DNA from: a virus
Lineage: Duplodnaviria > Caudoviricetes
Strand: one strand, 5' to 3'
Length of the DNA stretch: 64,000 bases
Virus record (IMG/VR): IMGVR_UViG_3300021124_000001
The notes below the pieces were generated by a model that ran no database searches, was not told the origin of the DNA, and was given only the letters and a program-made list of their open reading frames with translations. The stretch's first letter is position 1. The number at the start of each line of letters is the position of its first letter. A program made the translations under genes and the position numbers. Shown here piece after piece: positions 31,277 through 42,168 of the stretch.

Positions 31277-32955
31277 CCCTAGATTCTCGTGATTCGTATC
31301 GTGATAATCCGTTACTCAAAAAAGCTGGCGTACAGATAAAATTTACGCAGGAGCAGGTTGAGGAATACATTAAGTGTGCAAAAGATCCAGTTTACTTTGC
31401 AGAACGTTACATACAAATCGTTAACGTTGACAGAGGTTTAATGCCCTTTGAGATGTGGGACTTTCAACGAGACATGATTCGTTTGTTCCATGAGAATCGT
31501 TTCGTTATCACCAAGTGCCCCCGTCAGGTTGGTAAAACTACCACATCTGTTGCATATCTACTTTGGCTAACACTCTTTTCAGATACACAAAACGTTGCAG
31601 TTCTAGCCAACAAAGGCTCACTAGCACGAGACATTCTGGCCAAATACCAGCTTGCATATGAGAATCTTCCTATGTGGCTACAGCAAGGCATTATTACCTG
31701 GAACAAGGGTAACGTAGAACTAGAGAACGGTTCTAAGATTATGGCAGCATCCACATCGTCCTCAGCAGTTCGTGGTGGATCTTTCAACTGTGTATTCTTG
31801 GACGAATTTGCTTTCGTTCCTGGAAACATTGCTCATGAATTCTTCAACTCTGTTTATCCTGTTATCTCATCTGGTAAGTCCACAAAGATTATTATCGTTT
31901 CTACTCCAAACGGCATGAATCTATTCTACAAGTTGTGGATGGATGCGATTGGTAAGAAAAACGGATACAAGCCATTTGAAATTCACTGGTCGATGGTACC
32001 AGGAAGAGATGAAAAATGGAAAGAAGAAACGATACGAAACACTTCACTTGAACAGTTCCGACAAGAATTTGAATGTGAGTTTTTGGGTTCTACAAACACA
32101 TTGATTTCTGGTCAAAAACTGGCTCAAATGGTGTACAAAGACCCATCATCAACACACGATAATGTCAACATATACGAGATGCCAATCAAGGAGGATGGAG
32201 AAAAACAAAAAGACCATTTGTATGCCATCTGTGTTGACGTATCAGAAGGCAAAAACCTGGATGCATCGGCATTCTCGGTGTTTGACATATCGGTGTTACC
32301 ATATAAACAAGTAGCAACATACCGAAGCTCATCTATACATCCAGTTTTGTTCCCAACCGTAATCTATAATGCGGCTAGGTTGTATAATGATGCGTATGTT
32401 TTAGTTGAAATTAACAACACTCCACAAATTGCAGAGATTTTACACGCAGAATTGGAGTACGAGAACTTGTGGAAAGTGTTCACAGGTAATAAGAAACCAC
32501 AACAACTGTCTGCCGGGTTTGCGAGAGGTGTACAGTTAGGCTTAAAAATGTCACCACAAGTTAAGCGTATAGGTTGTTCTAACCTAAAAATGTTGATTGA
32601 AGGTGACAAACTTCAGGTTAATGATTTCGATACGATTTCAGAATTGACGACATTCGTACAGGATAAGAACTCCTTTGCGGCTGAAGAAGGTGCAAATGAT
32701 GACTTGGTTATGACAATGGTGTTATTTGCATGGGCAACAACACAGAAATACTTCAAAGAAATTGTAAGTCACGACATCCGTAAACAACTTCAACTCGAAA
32801 CCTTGAACCAAGTTGACGATGAAACTCTGCCGGCACCCATCATCGATGACGGAAGAGAACACAATTTAGAACTTATGGACGGCGATTTATGGGATTCCAG
32901 CATCGGCGGAGATACATATGGCTCTTTTGTCAGAGACATGTTACGAAATCTGTAA
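31273..32955 (+). CDS. 17: Terminase large subunit gp17
   Basis: PRQVGKTT, FLDEFAF, STPNG, DDLVM. Confidence 0.95.
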   Translation: MTLDSRDSYRDNPLLKKAGVQIKFTQEQVEEYIKCAKDPVYFAERYIQIVNVDRGLMPFEMWDFQRDMIRLFHENRFVITKCPRQVGKTTTSVAYLLWLTLFSDTQNVAVLANKGSLARDILAKYQLAYENLPMWLQQGIITWNKGNVELENGSKIMAASTSSSAVRGGSFNCVFLDEFAFVPGNIAHEFFNSVYPVISSGKSTKIIIVSTPNGMNLFYKLWMDAIGKKNGYKPFEIHWSMVPGRDEKWKEETIRNTSLEQFRQEFECEFLGSTNTLISGQKLAQMVYKDPSSTHDNVNIYEMPIKEDGEKQKDHLYAICVDVSEGKNLDASAFSVFDISVLPYKQVATYRSSSIHPVLFPTVIYNAARLYNDAYVLVEINNTPQIAEILHAELEYENLWKVFTGNKKPQQLSAGFARGVQLGLKMSPQVKRIGCSNLKMLIEGDKLQVNDFDTISELTTFVQDKNSFAAEEGANDDLVMTMVLFAWATTQKYFKEIVSHDIRKQLQLETLNQVDDETLPAPIIDDGREHNLELMDGDLWDSSIGGDTYGSFVRDMLRNL

Positions 32956-33024
32956 AAATGGTCTTTCATAAATATTCACATGGTATAAACTACCAATAAC
33001 AGAATAATCAAGGAGAAGAAACAA

Positions 33025-34794
33025 ATGGCTCAAATTGCTCAATTATCTCCAGGCGTACTTGTAACAGAAACCAACTTAACAACAGTTGTACCTTCAGTTC
33101 TAACTACGGCCGGTGCATATGCAGGTGCCTTTACTTGGGGTCCAGCAAATAAAATTACTCAGATTGACACTGAAAAAACACTCGTAAATACTTTTGGTCA
33201 ACCAGACTCAAACACAGCTTCATCATTTTGGACAGCCGCTTCGTTCTTGGCTTACGGCAACAACCTTCAAGTTGTTCGTGCAATTGATGCAAATACATTG
33301 AACTCTACAGCAACAGGAACAGGCTATCAAGTTCCAAACAAAGATGTATTCCAATACAGCTTGTTGGCTGGACCAAACGGCAACAGCTACGGTGCATTCA
33401 TGTCTCGTTATCCAGGCGCACTAGGAAACTCTCTAACAGTTTCGGTTATTGACGCAGGTTCAACTACTGCTCAATTTGCGGCATGGAACGTTGCAGTGTC
33501 TAATACAACCACAGCTAACGCAAGCACAATTTCTTTGGCAGGTTACTTCAACGGATTGCCAAGCACATCTTACAATACTGGACGAGTTGGTGGTGCAAAC
33601 GACCAAATTCACGTAGCGGTTGTTGATACTGGTGGTTTGTTCTCTGGTGTTAAAGGTACTGTTTTAGAAACATTCCCATTCTTGTCTAAAGCATCTGATG
33701 CTATCGATCAAAATGGCCAATCAAGCTACTACAAAAATGCAGTTTTCAATAACTCAAAATACATTTATGCAGTAGACCCAGTTAACTACATTGCTACAAA
33801 CGGCACATGGGGTAAAACAGCGGCTAACACCAATTTTACAACATTATCTGGAACATATACATTACCGTTGAGTGGTGGTACAGATGCATCAATTACTGAT
33901 GCAGATATTATCACCGGAATGTCTTATTTCTCTGATACAGCACAAACAGCAATTTCGTTGTTGATGACTGGACCATACACAAACACAGCAGTACAAACAC
34001 AAGCAATCACTATTGCTTCTACACGTAAAGACTGTGTTGCATTTGTTTCTCCACCACAATCTTCTGTTGTTAATAACGTAGGAAGCGAAGTTTCAAGTAT
34101 TCAATCATGGATTAGCGGCCTAAGTTCTCTAGCTGGCGGACCATCAGGTTCATATGCTTTTGCTGATTCTGGTTGGAAATACTTGTTCGACCGTTACAAC
34201 AACACATACCGTTGGGTTCCATTGAACGGCGATATTGCTGGTCTATGTGTATACACAGACTCACAAAATAGTCCATGGTGGTCTCCAGCTGGTCTGAATC
34301 GTGGTATCATTAAGAATGTTATCAAGTTGGCTTTCAACCCAACACAAGGTAACCGTGACTCGTTGTACCAAGTTGCAGTTAACCCTGTTGCTTCATTCCC
34401 TGGTCAAGGAACAGTATTGTTTGGTGACAAGACTCTACAATCACAACCTTCAGCGTTTGATCGTATCAACGTTCGTAGATTGTTCATTGTTCTGGAACAA
34501 GCAATTGCTAAAGCCGCACAATACTCATTGTTTGAATTTAACGATGCATTTACACAAGCGCAATTCGTTGCTTTGGTAACTCCATTCTTGCGTCAAGTTC
34601 AATCACAGCGTGGTATTACAGCGTTCCAAGTTGTTTGTGATTCAACAAATAACACTCCTTCTGTTGTTAATAACAACCAGTTCGTTGGTGATATCTACAT
34701 CCAGCCTGCTCGTTCTATTAACTACATCCAGTTGAATTTTGTTGCCGTTGGTACTGGTGTTAACTTCTCCACAATTAGCAACACCACAGCGTAA
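33025..34794 (+). CDS. 18: Tail sheath gp18
   Basis: SPGV...E, WWSPAG.NRG, GDKTL...SAFDRINVRRLF. Confidence 0.95.
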   Translation: MAQIAQLSPGVLVTETNLTTVVPSVLTTAGAYAGAFTWGPANKITQIDTEKTLVNTFGQPDSNTASSFWTAASFLAYGNNLQVVRAIDANTLNSTATGTGYQVPNKDVFQYSLLAGPNGNSYGAFMSRYPGALGNSLTVSVIDAGSTTAQFAAWNVAVSNTTTANASTISLAGYFNGLPSTSYNTGRVGGANDQIHVAVVDTGGLFSGVKGTVLETFPFLSKASDAIDQNGQSSYYKNAVFNNSKYIYAVDPVNYIATNGTWGKTAANTNFTTLSGTYTLPLSGGTDASITDADIITGMSYFSDTAQTAISLLMTGPYTNTAVQTQAITIASTRKDCVAFVSPPQSSVVNNVGSEVSSIQSWISGLSSLAGGPSGSYAFADSGWKYLFDRYNNTYRWVPLNGDIAGLCVYTDSQNSPWWSPAGLNRGIIKNVIKLAFNPTQGNRDSLYQVAVNPVASFPGQGTVLFGDKTLQSQPSAFDRINVRRLFIVLEQAIAKAAQYSLFEFNDAFTQAQFVALVTPFLRQVQSQRGITAFQVVCDSTNNTPSVVNNNQFVGDIYIQPARSINYIQLNFVAVGTGVNFSTISNTTA

Positions 34795-34821
34795 TAAATA
34801 ATCAACATATAGGAGATTAAA

Positions 34822-35388
34822 ATGGCATTTCAAATTAGCGAATTCACAAGTGCGTTACAACAGGATGGCGCACGTCCGAATTTATTCCAAGTTGTAATGA
34901 CCGGTCTACCAAACGGCGCTGGCCAATCTGGCCAGCCTTTTTCGTTCTTGTGTAAGGCTGCTCAACTACCTGGTTCAACTATCGGTACAGTTCCACTTTA
35001 CTACTTCGGTCGTGAAGCAAAGTTTGCAGGAAATAGATCATTCGCAGATTGGACAGTAACAGTTATTAACGATGAAAACTTCACAGTTCGTAACTCTATC
35101 GAATCTTGGATGAACAGCATCAACAGCAATGCAGGTAACGTTAGACTGGCACCTACCGTAATTGGTGGTGGTTCCGGCAATCAGCCATATGCTATCGATG
35201 CTACTGTTAACCAATTTAGCAAGACGGCTACAGCAGGTTCAAACGGCGTAATCAAGTCATACAGTTTTGTTGGCATGTTCCCAGTCGATCTATCTCCAAT
35301 CGATTTAGATTGGGGCACAAACGATACAATTGAAGAATTCTCAGTAACATTCTCATATCAATACTGGACTTCTAACACAACAAGCTAA
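34822..35388 (+). CDS. 19: Tail tube gp19
   Basis: ARPNLF, KFAGNRSF..WTVTVINDENF, IEEFSVTFSYQYW. Confidence 0.95.
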   Translation: MAFQISEFTSALQQDGARPNLFQVVMTGLPNGAGQSGQPFSFLCKAAQLPGSTIGTVPLYYFGREAKFAGNRSFADWTVTVINDENFTVRNSIESWMNSINSNAGNVRLAPTVIGGGSGNQPYAIDATVNQFSKTATAGSNGVIKSYSFVGMFPVDLSPIDLDWGTNDTIEEFSVTFSYQYWTSNTTS

Positions 35389-35404
35389 AATTTGTTGTAT
35401 ACAT

Positions 35405-35430
35405 AAGAGAGGGCTTAGGTCCTCTCTTTT
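35405..35430 (+). terminator. Intrinsic terminator after g19
   Basis: AAGAGAGG/CCTCTCTT stem followed by a T tract. Confidence 0.7.
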
Positions 35431-35460
35431 ATGTGTTTTTTGAAATGGAATTAAAAAAAT

Positions 35461-37143
35461 ATGGCCCAAAAGTTTAGTCTCTTTGGTTTTACAATTTCTC
35501 GTCAAGAGGAAGAAAACCAAAAATCAACCCAGCAGTCGTTTAGCCCACCGGCAAGCGATGATGGTGCATTAACGATTACTTCCGCCGCATATTATGGAAC
35601 ATATGTTGACCTAGATGGTACAGCAAAAAATGAAGTAGAACTTATATCCCGCTATCGTGAAATGGCGATGCAACCTGAAATTGAATCGGCGATTGACGAT
35701 ATTGTTAATGAAGCAATCTGCCAAGACGATGACGGCAAGATTATTCAGATCGTTCTGGACGATTTAAAACAACCAGACAAGATTAAGAAAGCCATCAAAG
35801 AAGAATTCAATACAATCATGAGATTGTTGAATTACACCAACATGGCTCAAGACATTTTCCGCAGATACTATATTGACGGTAAAATGTATTACCACATTAT
35901 TATTGATCGTGAAAACCCAACACAGGGCATCAAAGAATTACGTTACGTTGATCCTCGTAAGATGCGTAAGATTCGTGAAATCAAGAAACAAAAAGATGAA
36001 CGAACAGGCGTAGAGGTAATGAATGTTGTTAATGAATATTATATCTACAACGACAAAGTTACTTCAGGATCTTCCACAAATTATGGTCCAGTTGGCACTC
36101 GTATTACTACAGATTCAGTTATTTCTGTTGTCTCTGGACTTATGGATTCTCGCCGTGCGGTGGTATTATCTTACCTCCACAAAGCAATTAAGCCATTGAA
36201 CCAGTTGCGTATGATTGAAGATGCGACAGTTATCTATCGTATCTCTCGTGCACCAGAACGTAGAATTTTCTATATTGACGTTGGTAACTTGCCTAAATTG
36301 AAAGCAGAACAATACCTACGTGACATTATGGTCAAGTATAAGAACAAATTGGTATATGATGCCAACACAGGTGAAGTCCGAGATGATCGTAAATTCTTGT
36401 CCATGATGGAAGACTTCTGGTTACCACGTAGAGAAGGTGGCAAAGGTACTGAGATTACTACACTACCAGGTGGACAGAACCTAGGTGAATTGGAAGACGT
36501 TAAGTACTTTGAGAAGAAACTATATAAATCATTAAACGTTCCTGTGTCTAGGCTTGATCCAAATAGTTCTGGATTCTCATTAGGTCGTGTAGGTGAAATC
36601 ACCCGTGACGAATTGAAGTTTTCTAAGTTTGTTGGCCGTCTACGTAGCAAGTTTTCAGATTTATTTGACCAGTGTTTAAGAGCACAATGTGTTCTTAAAG
36701 GTATTTGTACTGCTGAGGAGTGGAGTGAATTTAAAGAACATATCCACTACAACTTCATCAAAGACAATAATTTCACCGAGCTTAAAGAAGCTGAGTTGAT
36801 GCAACAAAGATTAACTTTGTTGGGTGCAGTTGATCCATACACAGGTCGTTATTTCTCACAAGCATGGATTCAACGTAATGTATTGCGCTTGAATGATGAT
36901 GAAATCAAAGTCATGCAGTCTGAGATTGAAGAAGAAAAAGAAGCTGGTATTGGTTTACCTGTGTCTGTTACGAATGATGTTGCACAACAACAAATGATGT
37001 CTCAGATAGATATGGAAGGCAATGAGCACCAAAATAAGTTAGATATGAAGTTGGACCAAAGTAAGGAAAAGAATCCTGCTAAACAAGACTATAACGAAAG
37101 TTATTCACCAACTTTAGAGATTGTAAAACGAGTAATCAATTAA
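35461..37143 (+). CDS. 20: Portal protein gp20
   Basis: RAPERRIFYIDVGNLPK, EDFWLPRREGGKGTEI. Confidence 0.95.
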   Translation: MAQKFSLFGFTISRQEEENQKSTQQSFSPPASDDGALTITSAAYYGTYVDLDGTAKNEVELISRYREMAMQPEIESAIDDIVNEAICQDDDGKIIQIVLDDLKQPDKIKKAIKEEFNTIMRLLNYTNMAQDIFRRYYIDGKMYYHIIIDRENPTQGIKELRYVDPRKMRKIREIKKQKDERTGVEVMNVVNEYYIYNDKVTSGSSTNYGPVGTRITTDSVISVVSGLMDSRRAVVLSYLHKAIKPLNQLRMIEDATVIYRISRAPERRIFYIDVGNLPKLKAEQYLRDIMVKYKNKLVYDANTGEVRDDRKFLSMMEDFWLPRREGGKGTEITTLPGGQNLGELEDVKYFEKKLYKSLNVPVSRLDPNSSGFSLGRVGEITRDELKFSKFVGRLRSKFSDLFDQCLRAQCVLKGICTAEEWSEFKEHIHYNFIKDNNFTELKEAELMQQRLTLLGAVDPYTGRYFSQAWIQRNVLRLNDDEIKVMQSEIEEEKEAGIGLPVSVTNDVAQQQMMSQIDMEGNEHQNKLDMKLDQSKEKNPAKQDYNESYSPTLEIVKRVIN

Positions 37144-37152
37144 GGAAATAAA

Positions 37153-37386
37153 ATGGACGCAAGACAACTAATAGACTATGCCGCACAAGATGATGCAGTT
37201 AATTTTAGAGCCGCTTTGTATGCTTCTATCCACGATAGAGTAACAGCACACATTGAAGCTAAGAAGCAAGAAATTGCTCAGGGTTTAATTATACAGCAAG
37301 AAGAAGAAGCTAAACCAAAAATGAAAAAAGAAGATGAGAAGTTTCATCTTAAAAAAGAAGAAGAAAAACCTACACACGGTGAGTAA
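37153..37386 (+). CDS. 67: Prohead core protein gp67-like
   Basis: Small acidic protein directly after portal. Confidence 0.6.
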   Translation: MDARQLIDYAAQDDAVNFRAALYASIHDRVTAHIEAKKQEIAQGLIIQQEEEAKPKMKKEDEKFHLKKEEEKPTHGE

Positions 37387-37429
37387 TATTTAAGACATAA
37401 ATATATAACATCACTAAAATAGTAACGCC

Positions 37430-38017
37430 ATGGCAAAATTTACATATCAAGTATTAAGAGATACGAACACAGATTCTGTGATTAAAATCACAGGTGCATT
37501 TTCCGATTCAACACCGGAAGCTAACGGTTCTCGCATCCAAGCAAACTCATTGGCATTTACTTTAGCAACAAATGGTTATCCAGTTGCTAACAGCCAAGGT
37601 GGTTCATCTAACACCTTTTTGTCATACTATGATTTGCAAGTTACTGGTGTAAAATATTACGTCAACTTTCCAACAAACACTGTTGGTGGTGTCGAATTAT
37701 ATTGGAATGGAGCTGGAGCAAACTGGGCGGCACAATATGCAAACTCTGCAACAATTTTCCATTTGAACGGTGATGGTGAATTTGGTCTAGGTGAGCAATT
37801 GCCGGCCATTATCAATAACTCAGGCAACACAGTTAATGGCGTGGCCGTTGCTAATACTATGGGAAATGGCGACATAGGCGTTGTAACAACCGGTGGTGTA
37901 GCAAATGCGGCTTATACACTAATTGTTTCATTACGTAAGAATAACAATATGTACTCTCGCGGCCAGTTCCAAGATCCTGCGGCATTCAACTACAAGCCAT
38001 ATGGTATTACACCTTAA
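37430..38017 (+). CDS. Hypothetical virion protein, paralogue 1
   Basis: Late promoter; shares TYQVLRDT...RGQF.DPAAFNYKPYG.TP with the next ORF. Confidence 0.6.
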   Translation: MAKFTYQVLRDTNTDSVIKITGAFSDSTPEANGSRIQANSLAFTLATNGYPVANSQGGSSNTFLSYYDLQVTGVKYYVNFPTNTVGGVELYWNGAGANWAAQYANSATIFHLNGDGEFGLGEQLPAIINNSGNTVNGVAVANTMGNGDIGVVTTGGVANAAYTLIVSLRKNNNMYSRGQFQDPAAFNYKPYGITP

Positions 38018-38026
38018 GGAACAATT

Positions 38027-38560
38027 ATGGCAAATATTTACACTTATCAAGTTTTAAGAGACACAACAGAAAAGGCAGTTATCAAATTAACTGCTAACTT
38101 TGATGGTACAGGAAATGAATACAACGTTTCACGTATTGCGGCCAACACACTTTCTGGAGCTTTAGCAACTAACGGATATCTTGTTGCGAACAACCAAGGC
38201 GGTTCAGCAAATACACCACTATCATATTATGGTTTGACTGTTACGAGAATTGGTTACAACATTGCTTCACAACAAAAAGGTTATGTTGAGTTGTTCTGGA
38301 CAGGAAATGGTGCCGCAAACAACTTACCTATCATGAATATGGATCTTTGTGGTGAATATAGTGAAGACCAAGGTATGGTTTCTATTCCAAACAACGCAGT
38401 TGGTGCAACAGGCGATATTGGTGTTACGACTGTAGGTTTGGTTGCAAACTGTGCTTACACATTGATTATTGAATTACGTAAAGAAAATCAATACTACCAG
38501 CGTGGTCAGTTCAACGATCCTGCCGCATTCAACTACAAACCATATGGATTGACACCATGA
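38027..38560 (+). CDS. Hypothetical virion protein, paralogue 2
   Basis: Paralogue of 37430-38017. Confidence 0.6.
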   Translation: MANIYTYQVLRDTTEKAVIKLTANFDGTGNEYNVSRIAANTLSGALATNGYLVANNQGGSANTPLSYYGLTVTRIGYNIASQQKGYVELFWTGNGAANNLPIMNMDLCGEYSEDQGMVSIPNNAVGATGDIGVTTVGLVANCAYTLIIELRKENQYYQRGQFNDPAAFNYKPYGLTP

Positions 38561-39201
38561 AATTAATCAAAGAAATCAATGAAACGGTTAATTACCTTTC
38601 AGAATCAAAAGACGGAAAAAAAGAACTTTTTATTGAAGGTCCTTTTCTAGTTTCGGAGAAGAAGAATCGCAACGGACGTCTATACGAATTTAATACGATG
38701 AAAAAAGAAGTTCATCGTTACACAGAAGAATACATCAATAAGAATCGTGCATTTGGCGAACTCGGCCATCCAGATTCACCAACTATCAATCTTGATCGTG
38801 TTTCACACATGATTGTTGGTTTGCGTGAAGATGGTACGCAATGGATCGGCAAAGCGAAGATTCTTGAAACACCAATGGGTAACATTGCTCGTCAACTGAT
38901 TGAGGGTGGTGCACAGCTAGGTGTTTCTTCACGAGGTATGGGCTCATTGAAAAGCGTTAACGGTGTTAATGTTGTTCAGCCCGATTTTTATCTGGCCACA
39001 GCGGCGGATATTGTAGCAGATCCTTCTGCACCTGGAGCTTTTGTTCAAGGTATCATGGAGGGTAAAGAATGGATGTTGGTCAATGGTGTTTGGACTGAAG
39101 TAGATCACGCTGAAGCTGTAAGAGAAATCAAACATGCATCTAAGGCACAGATCGAAGCAGTAAGTCTTCGCATTTGGGAAAACTTCATCAAAAAACTATA
39201 A
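38557..39201 (+). CDS. 21: Prohead protease gp21
   Basis: NRNGRLY, GELGHP, GVSSRGMGS, DIVADPSAP. Confidence 0.95.
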   Translation: MKLIKEINETVNYLSESKDGKKELFIEGPFLVSEKKNRNGRLYEFNTMKKEVHRYTEEYINKNRAFGELGHPDSPTINLDRVSHMIVGLREDGTQWIGKAKILETPMGNIARQLIEGGAQLGVSSRGMGSLKSVNGVNVVQPDFYLATAADIVADPSAPGAFVQGIMEGKEWMLVNGVWTEVDHAEAVREIKHASKAQIEAVSLRIWENFIKKL

Positions 39202-39203
39202 CC

Positions 39204-39211
39204 TATAAATA
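39204..39211 (+). promoter_or_regulatory. T4-type late promoter (representative of a set)
   Basis: TATAAATA at 18267, 28278, 39204, 55902; nATAAATA variants at 3782, 10533, 27448, 32967, 34793, 37396, 40444, all just upstream of late genes; gp55 present. Confidence 0.8.
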
Positions 39212-39239
39212 TTCAATATAAAATCAAGGAGATTTTTAA

Positions 39240-40445
39240 ATGTCAAGATTCAAACTATCAGAAGCCGCTACCGCTATCCTAGAAGGTTCTAAAGAAACTT
39301 TTGCGGCTAACGTGGCAGCTAAACAAGGTCAACGTGGCCAAGACGCTCACAAAATGGGTGAAGTTGGTGACCAAAAACTAAAGGCAGCTGTTGCTTATGG
39401 CCAACACGATGCAGGTATCGTTGGTAAATCGCCAGAAGAAATGGATGACGGTCTACCAGATTACCTAAAAGGTACTCCATCAGCAACTCCTCCAGGTGCA
39501 ACTCCTCCAGTTGGTTCAGAGAAAGATGGCGTTGGTATTTCTAAGCCAAAAAATCAACCACAAGAAACAATGGGTCGCAAAGATGTTATGCACCCTGCAC
39601 AATCTACTGCTGACCAATATGATGCTATCCGTGATCGTATCATGGGTAAAATGCCAGCACAAACAATGCAAAAGAACCCAGGTGCTACTTTCCAGAATTA
39701 TGCTGAAGGTCTAGACATGTCTGAAGACGTTCGTGCTTTGTTGGACGGTGAAGGTCTGTCAGAAGAATTTGCTACAAAAGCTACAACAATTTTTGAAGCC
39801 GCTGTTATGTCTCGCATCGAAAAGATTGCAGAGCAAGTTGAGGCTCAATTGGTTGAACAATTTGATTCTGCTGTAGAACAAGTTAAAGAAGATTTGGCTG
39901 CTAAAGTTGATGACTACTTGAACTACATGGCAGAAGAATGGATGAAAGAGAACGAATTGGCAGTTGAGACTGGCCTACGTAACGAAATCGCTGAAGATTT
40001 CATCAATGCTCTACGTAACGTATTCGTTGAACACTACATCGACATTCCAGAAGACAAAGTTGACGTTGTTTCCGAAATGGCAGAAAAAGTTTCTGAATTG
40101 GAAGACCAACTAAACGAACAAATCAATTCTGCTATCGAAATGAGAAAAGAATTGAACGAACACAAAAAACATGAGGCTATCTACGCAGTGTGTGAAGGCC
40201 TAACGCAAACTCAAGTAGAAAAATTAAAATCACTCGCAGAGGGTGTGGAATTTACTACTGAAGAAGAATTTGCGGCAAAACTGTCAACTCTAGTTGAATC
40301 TTATTTCTCTAAAGCTGACGTTAAAGTTGCAGACAATTCTGCTTTGGATGATGAAGTCCACATCGAAGAAGAAAAGAAGACTACCAAGTCAACTGATCCT
40401 TTGATGGAACAATATGCAAGCGTGATTTCTAAATCACTAAAATAA
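39240..40445 (+). CDS. 22: Prohead core scaffold gp22
   Basis: LSEEF..KATTIFEAAV, VDDYLNY..EEWMKENELAVE.GLR. Confidence 0.9.
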   Translation: MSRFKLSEAATAILEGSKETFAANVAAKQGQRGQDAHKMGEVGDQKLKAAVAYGQHDAGIVGKSPEEMDDGLPDYLKGTPSATPPGATPPVGSEKDGVGISKPKNQPQETMGRKDVMHPAQSTADQYDAIRDRIMGKMPAQTMQKNPGATFQNYAEGLDMSEDVRALLDGEGLSEEFATKATTIFEAAVMSRIEKIAEQVEAQLVEQFDSAVEQVKEDLAAKVDDYLNYMAEEWMKENELAVETGLRNEIAEDFINALRNVFVEHYIDIPEDKVDVVSEMAEKVSELEDQLNEQINSAIEMRKELNEHKKHEAIYAVCEGLTQTQVEKLKSLAEGVEFTTEEEFAAKLSTLVESYFSKADVKVADNSALDDEVHIEEEKKTTKSTDPLMEQYASVISKSLK

Positions 40446-40485
40446 TAAATAAATTTACAGTTTCAAAAATAAGGAGAACATTCAC

Positions 40486-41823
40486 ATGTTTATGACTGAA
40501 GAACTACAACAAAAATGGCAACCAGTTCTGGAGCACCCAGAGTTGGCAGCTATTGCAGACCCATACAAGAAAGCTGTTACAGCACTTGTTTTGGAAAATC
40601 AACACCAAGCTATGCGTCAAGACGCTAGAATGTTGAACGAAACTCTTTCTGACGCTGGTCCTACCAACGTTACGACTGGTGTTTCCAACTTCGACCCAAT
40701 CTTGATCTCTTTGGTTCGCCGTTCATTGCCTAACCTAATCGCTTATGATATTGCTGGCGTTCAGCCAATGACTGGTCCTACAGGCCTGATCTTCGCAATG
40801 CGTGCACGTTACAATGCTCAAGCAAACACAAACGCAGAAGCATTCTACAACGAAGCTAACACCATTTTCTCTGGTGTGAACTCATCTGCTAACCCATACG
40901 GTTTCACAGGTACTAACACATCTGATGCAAACACATGGTTCCAGATCAACGCTTCTGGTACAGCTAACACTACTTCTGGTATTGGTATGCCTACAACTAC
41001 TGCTGAATTGTTAGGTTCAGAAAGTGGTCCAGCATTCAACCAGATGGCATTCTCAATCGAGAAGGTTACTGTTACTGCTCAAAGCCGTGCGTTGAAAGCA
41101 GAATACTCACTAGAACTTGCTCAAGACTTGAAAGCAATCCACGGTCTTGACGCTGAAACAGAATTGTCTAACATTCTGTCTACAGAAATTCTAGCTGAAA
41201 TTAACCGTGAAGTTATCCGTACAGTGTACAACACTGCTAAGATCGGTGCTCAGTATGGTACTACTACCGCTGGTTACTTCGACTTGGATACTGACTCTAA
41301 CGGTCGTTGGTCTGTTGAACGTTTCAAAGGTTTGATTTTCCAAATCGAACGTGATGCTAACGTTATTGCAAAACAAACTCGTAGAGGTAAAGGTAACGTT
41401 CTGATCGTTTCTTCAGACGTTGCTTCTGCTATGGCTATGGCTGGTGTGTTGTCTTACACTCCATCGCTACAAGCTGACCTACAAGTTGACGATACAGGCA
41501 ATACATTTGCTGGTATGTTGCACGGTCGTATCAAAGTGTACATCGATCCATATTATGGCGGTTACACATCTAACCAAGAATTGGTTACTGTTGGTTATAA
41601 GGGTTCTTCTCCTTATGACGCTGGTCTATTCTACTGCCCATACGTTCCTCTACAAATGGTTCGTGCAGTTGACCAGTTCACATTCCAACCAAAAATTGGT
41701 TTCAAGACTCGTTACGGCATGGTAGCAAACCCATTTGCTGAAGGCCTAACACAAGGTGCTGGTAAGTTGGATTCTCAATCTAACGTTTACTATCGCTTGT
41801 TCGCAGTGAAAAACCTAATGTAA
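40486..41823 (+). CDS. 23: Major capsid protein gp23
   Basis: GVQPMTGPTGLIFAMR, ELAQDLKAIHGLDAE, FQPKIGFKTRYG. Confidence 0.97.
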   Translation: MFMTEELQQKWQPVLEHPELAAIADPYKKAVTALVLENQHQAMRQDARMLNETLSDAGPTNVTTGVSNFDPILISLVRRSLPNLIAYDIAGVQPMTGPTGLIFAMRARYNAQANTNAEAFYNEANTIFSGVNSSANPYGFTGTNTSDANTWFQINASGTANTTSGIGMPTTTAELLGSESGPAFNQMAFSIEKVTVTAQSRALKAEYSLELAQDLKAIHGLDAETELSNILSTEILAEINREVIRTVYNTAKIGAQYGTTTAGYFDLDTDSNGRWSVERFKGLIFQIERDANVIAKQTRRGKGNVLIVSSDVASAMAMAGVLSYTPSLQADLQVDDTGNTFAGMLHGRIKVYIDPYYGGYTSNQELVTVGYKGSSPYDAGLFYCPYVPLQMVRAVDQFTFQPKIGFKTRYGMVANPFAEGLTQGAGKLDSQSNVYYRLFAVKNLM

Positions 41824-41854
41824 TTAGGCAAGCCCTCGCTAAGAAGGGCAATTC

Positions 41855-41882
41855 AAAAGGGACCTTCGGGTCCCTTTTTTTT
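41855..41882 (+). terminator. Intrinsic terminator after g23 with C(UUCG)G loop
   Basis: GGGACC-TTCG-GGTCCC followed by T8. Confidence 0.9.
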
Positions 41883-41919
41883 GGTGCCTAAATACCTATA
41901 CATTCCTTTAGGAGATACG

Positions 41920-42168
41920 ATGATTAAACATATCAAACGCCTATTTGGTATCAAACCAACAGAGGCTAATGTTGAAGTAGCACTTGTGCAGGTTCAAGAA
42001 GTTGTTCTTGTTGCGGCACCAGAACCAACACCAATGCCTGTGGCAGAAACGGTTACTCCAGTTGTTGAAGTTGTTGCACCTGTAGAAACACCAGCACCGG
42101 TTGAGACTCCAGTTAAAGCTAAGAAGCCTGCGGCCAAGAAAACAAAAACTAAAAAGACTGCAAAATAA
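41920..42168 (+). CDS. Small Pro/Val-rich protein with Lys-rich tail
   Basis: CTAAATA late-type promoter, AGGAG SD, ATG at 41920. Confidence 0.55.
   Translation: MIKHIKRLFGIKPTEANVEVALVQVQEVVLVAAPEPTPMPVAETVTPVVEVVAPVETPAPVETPVKAKKPAAKKTKTKKTAK

Noticed and set aside
31273-32955. Intein or intron in the terminase or other core genes
   Set aside because: Lengths are normal and no splicing motifs were seen.
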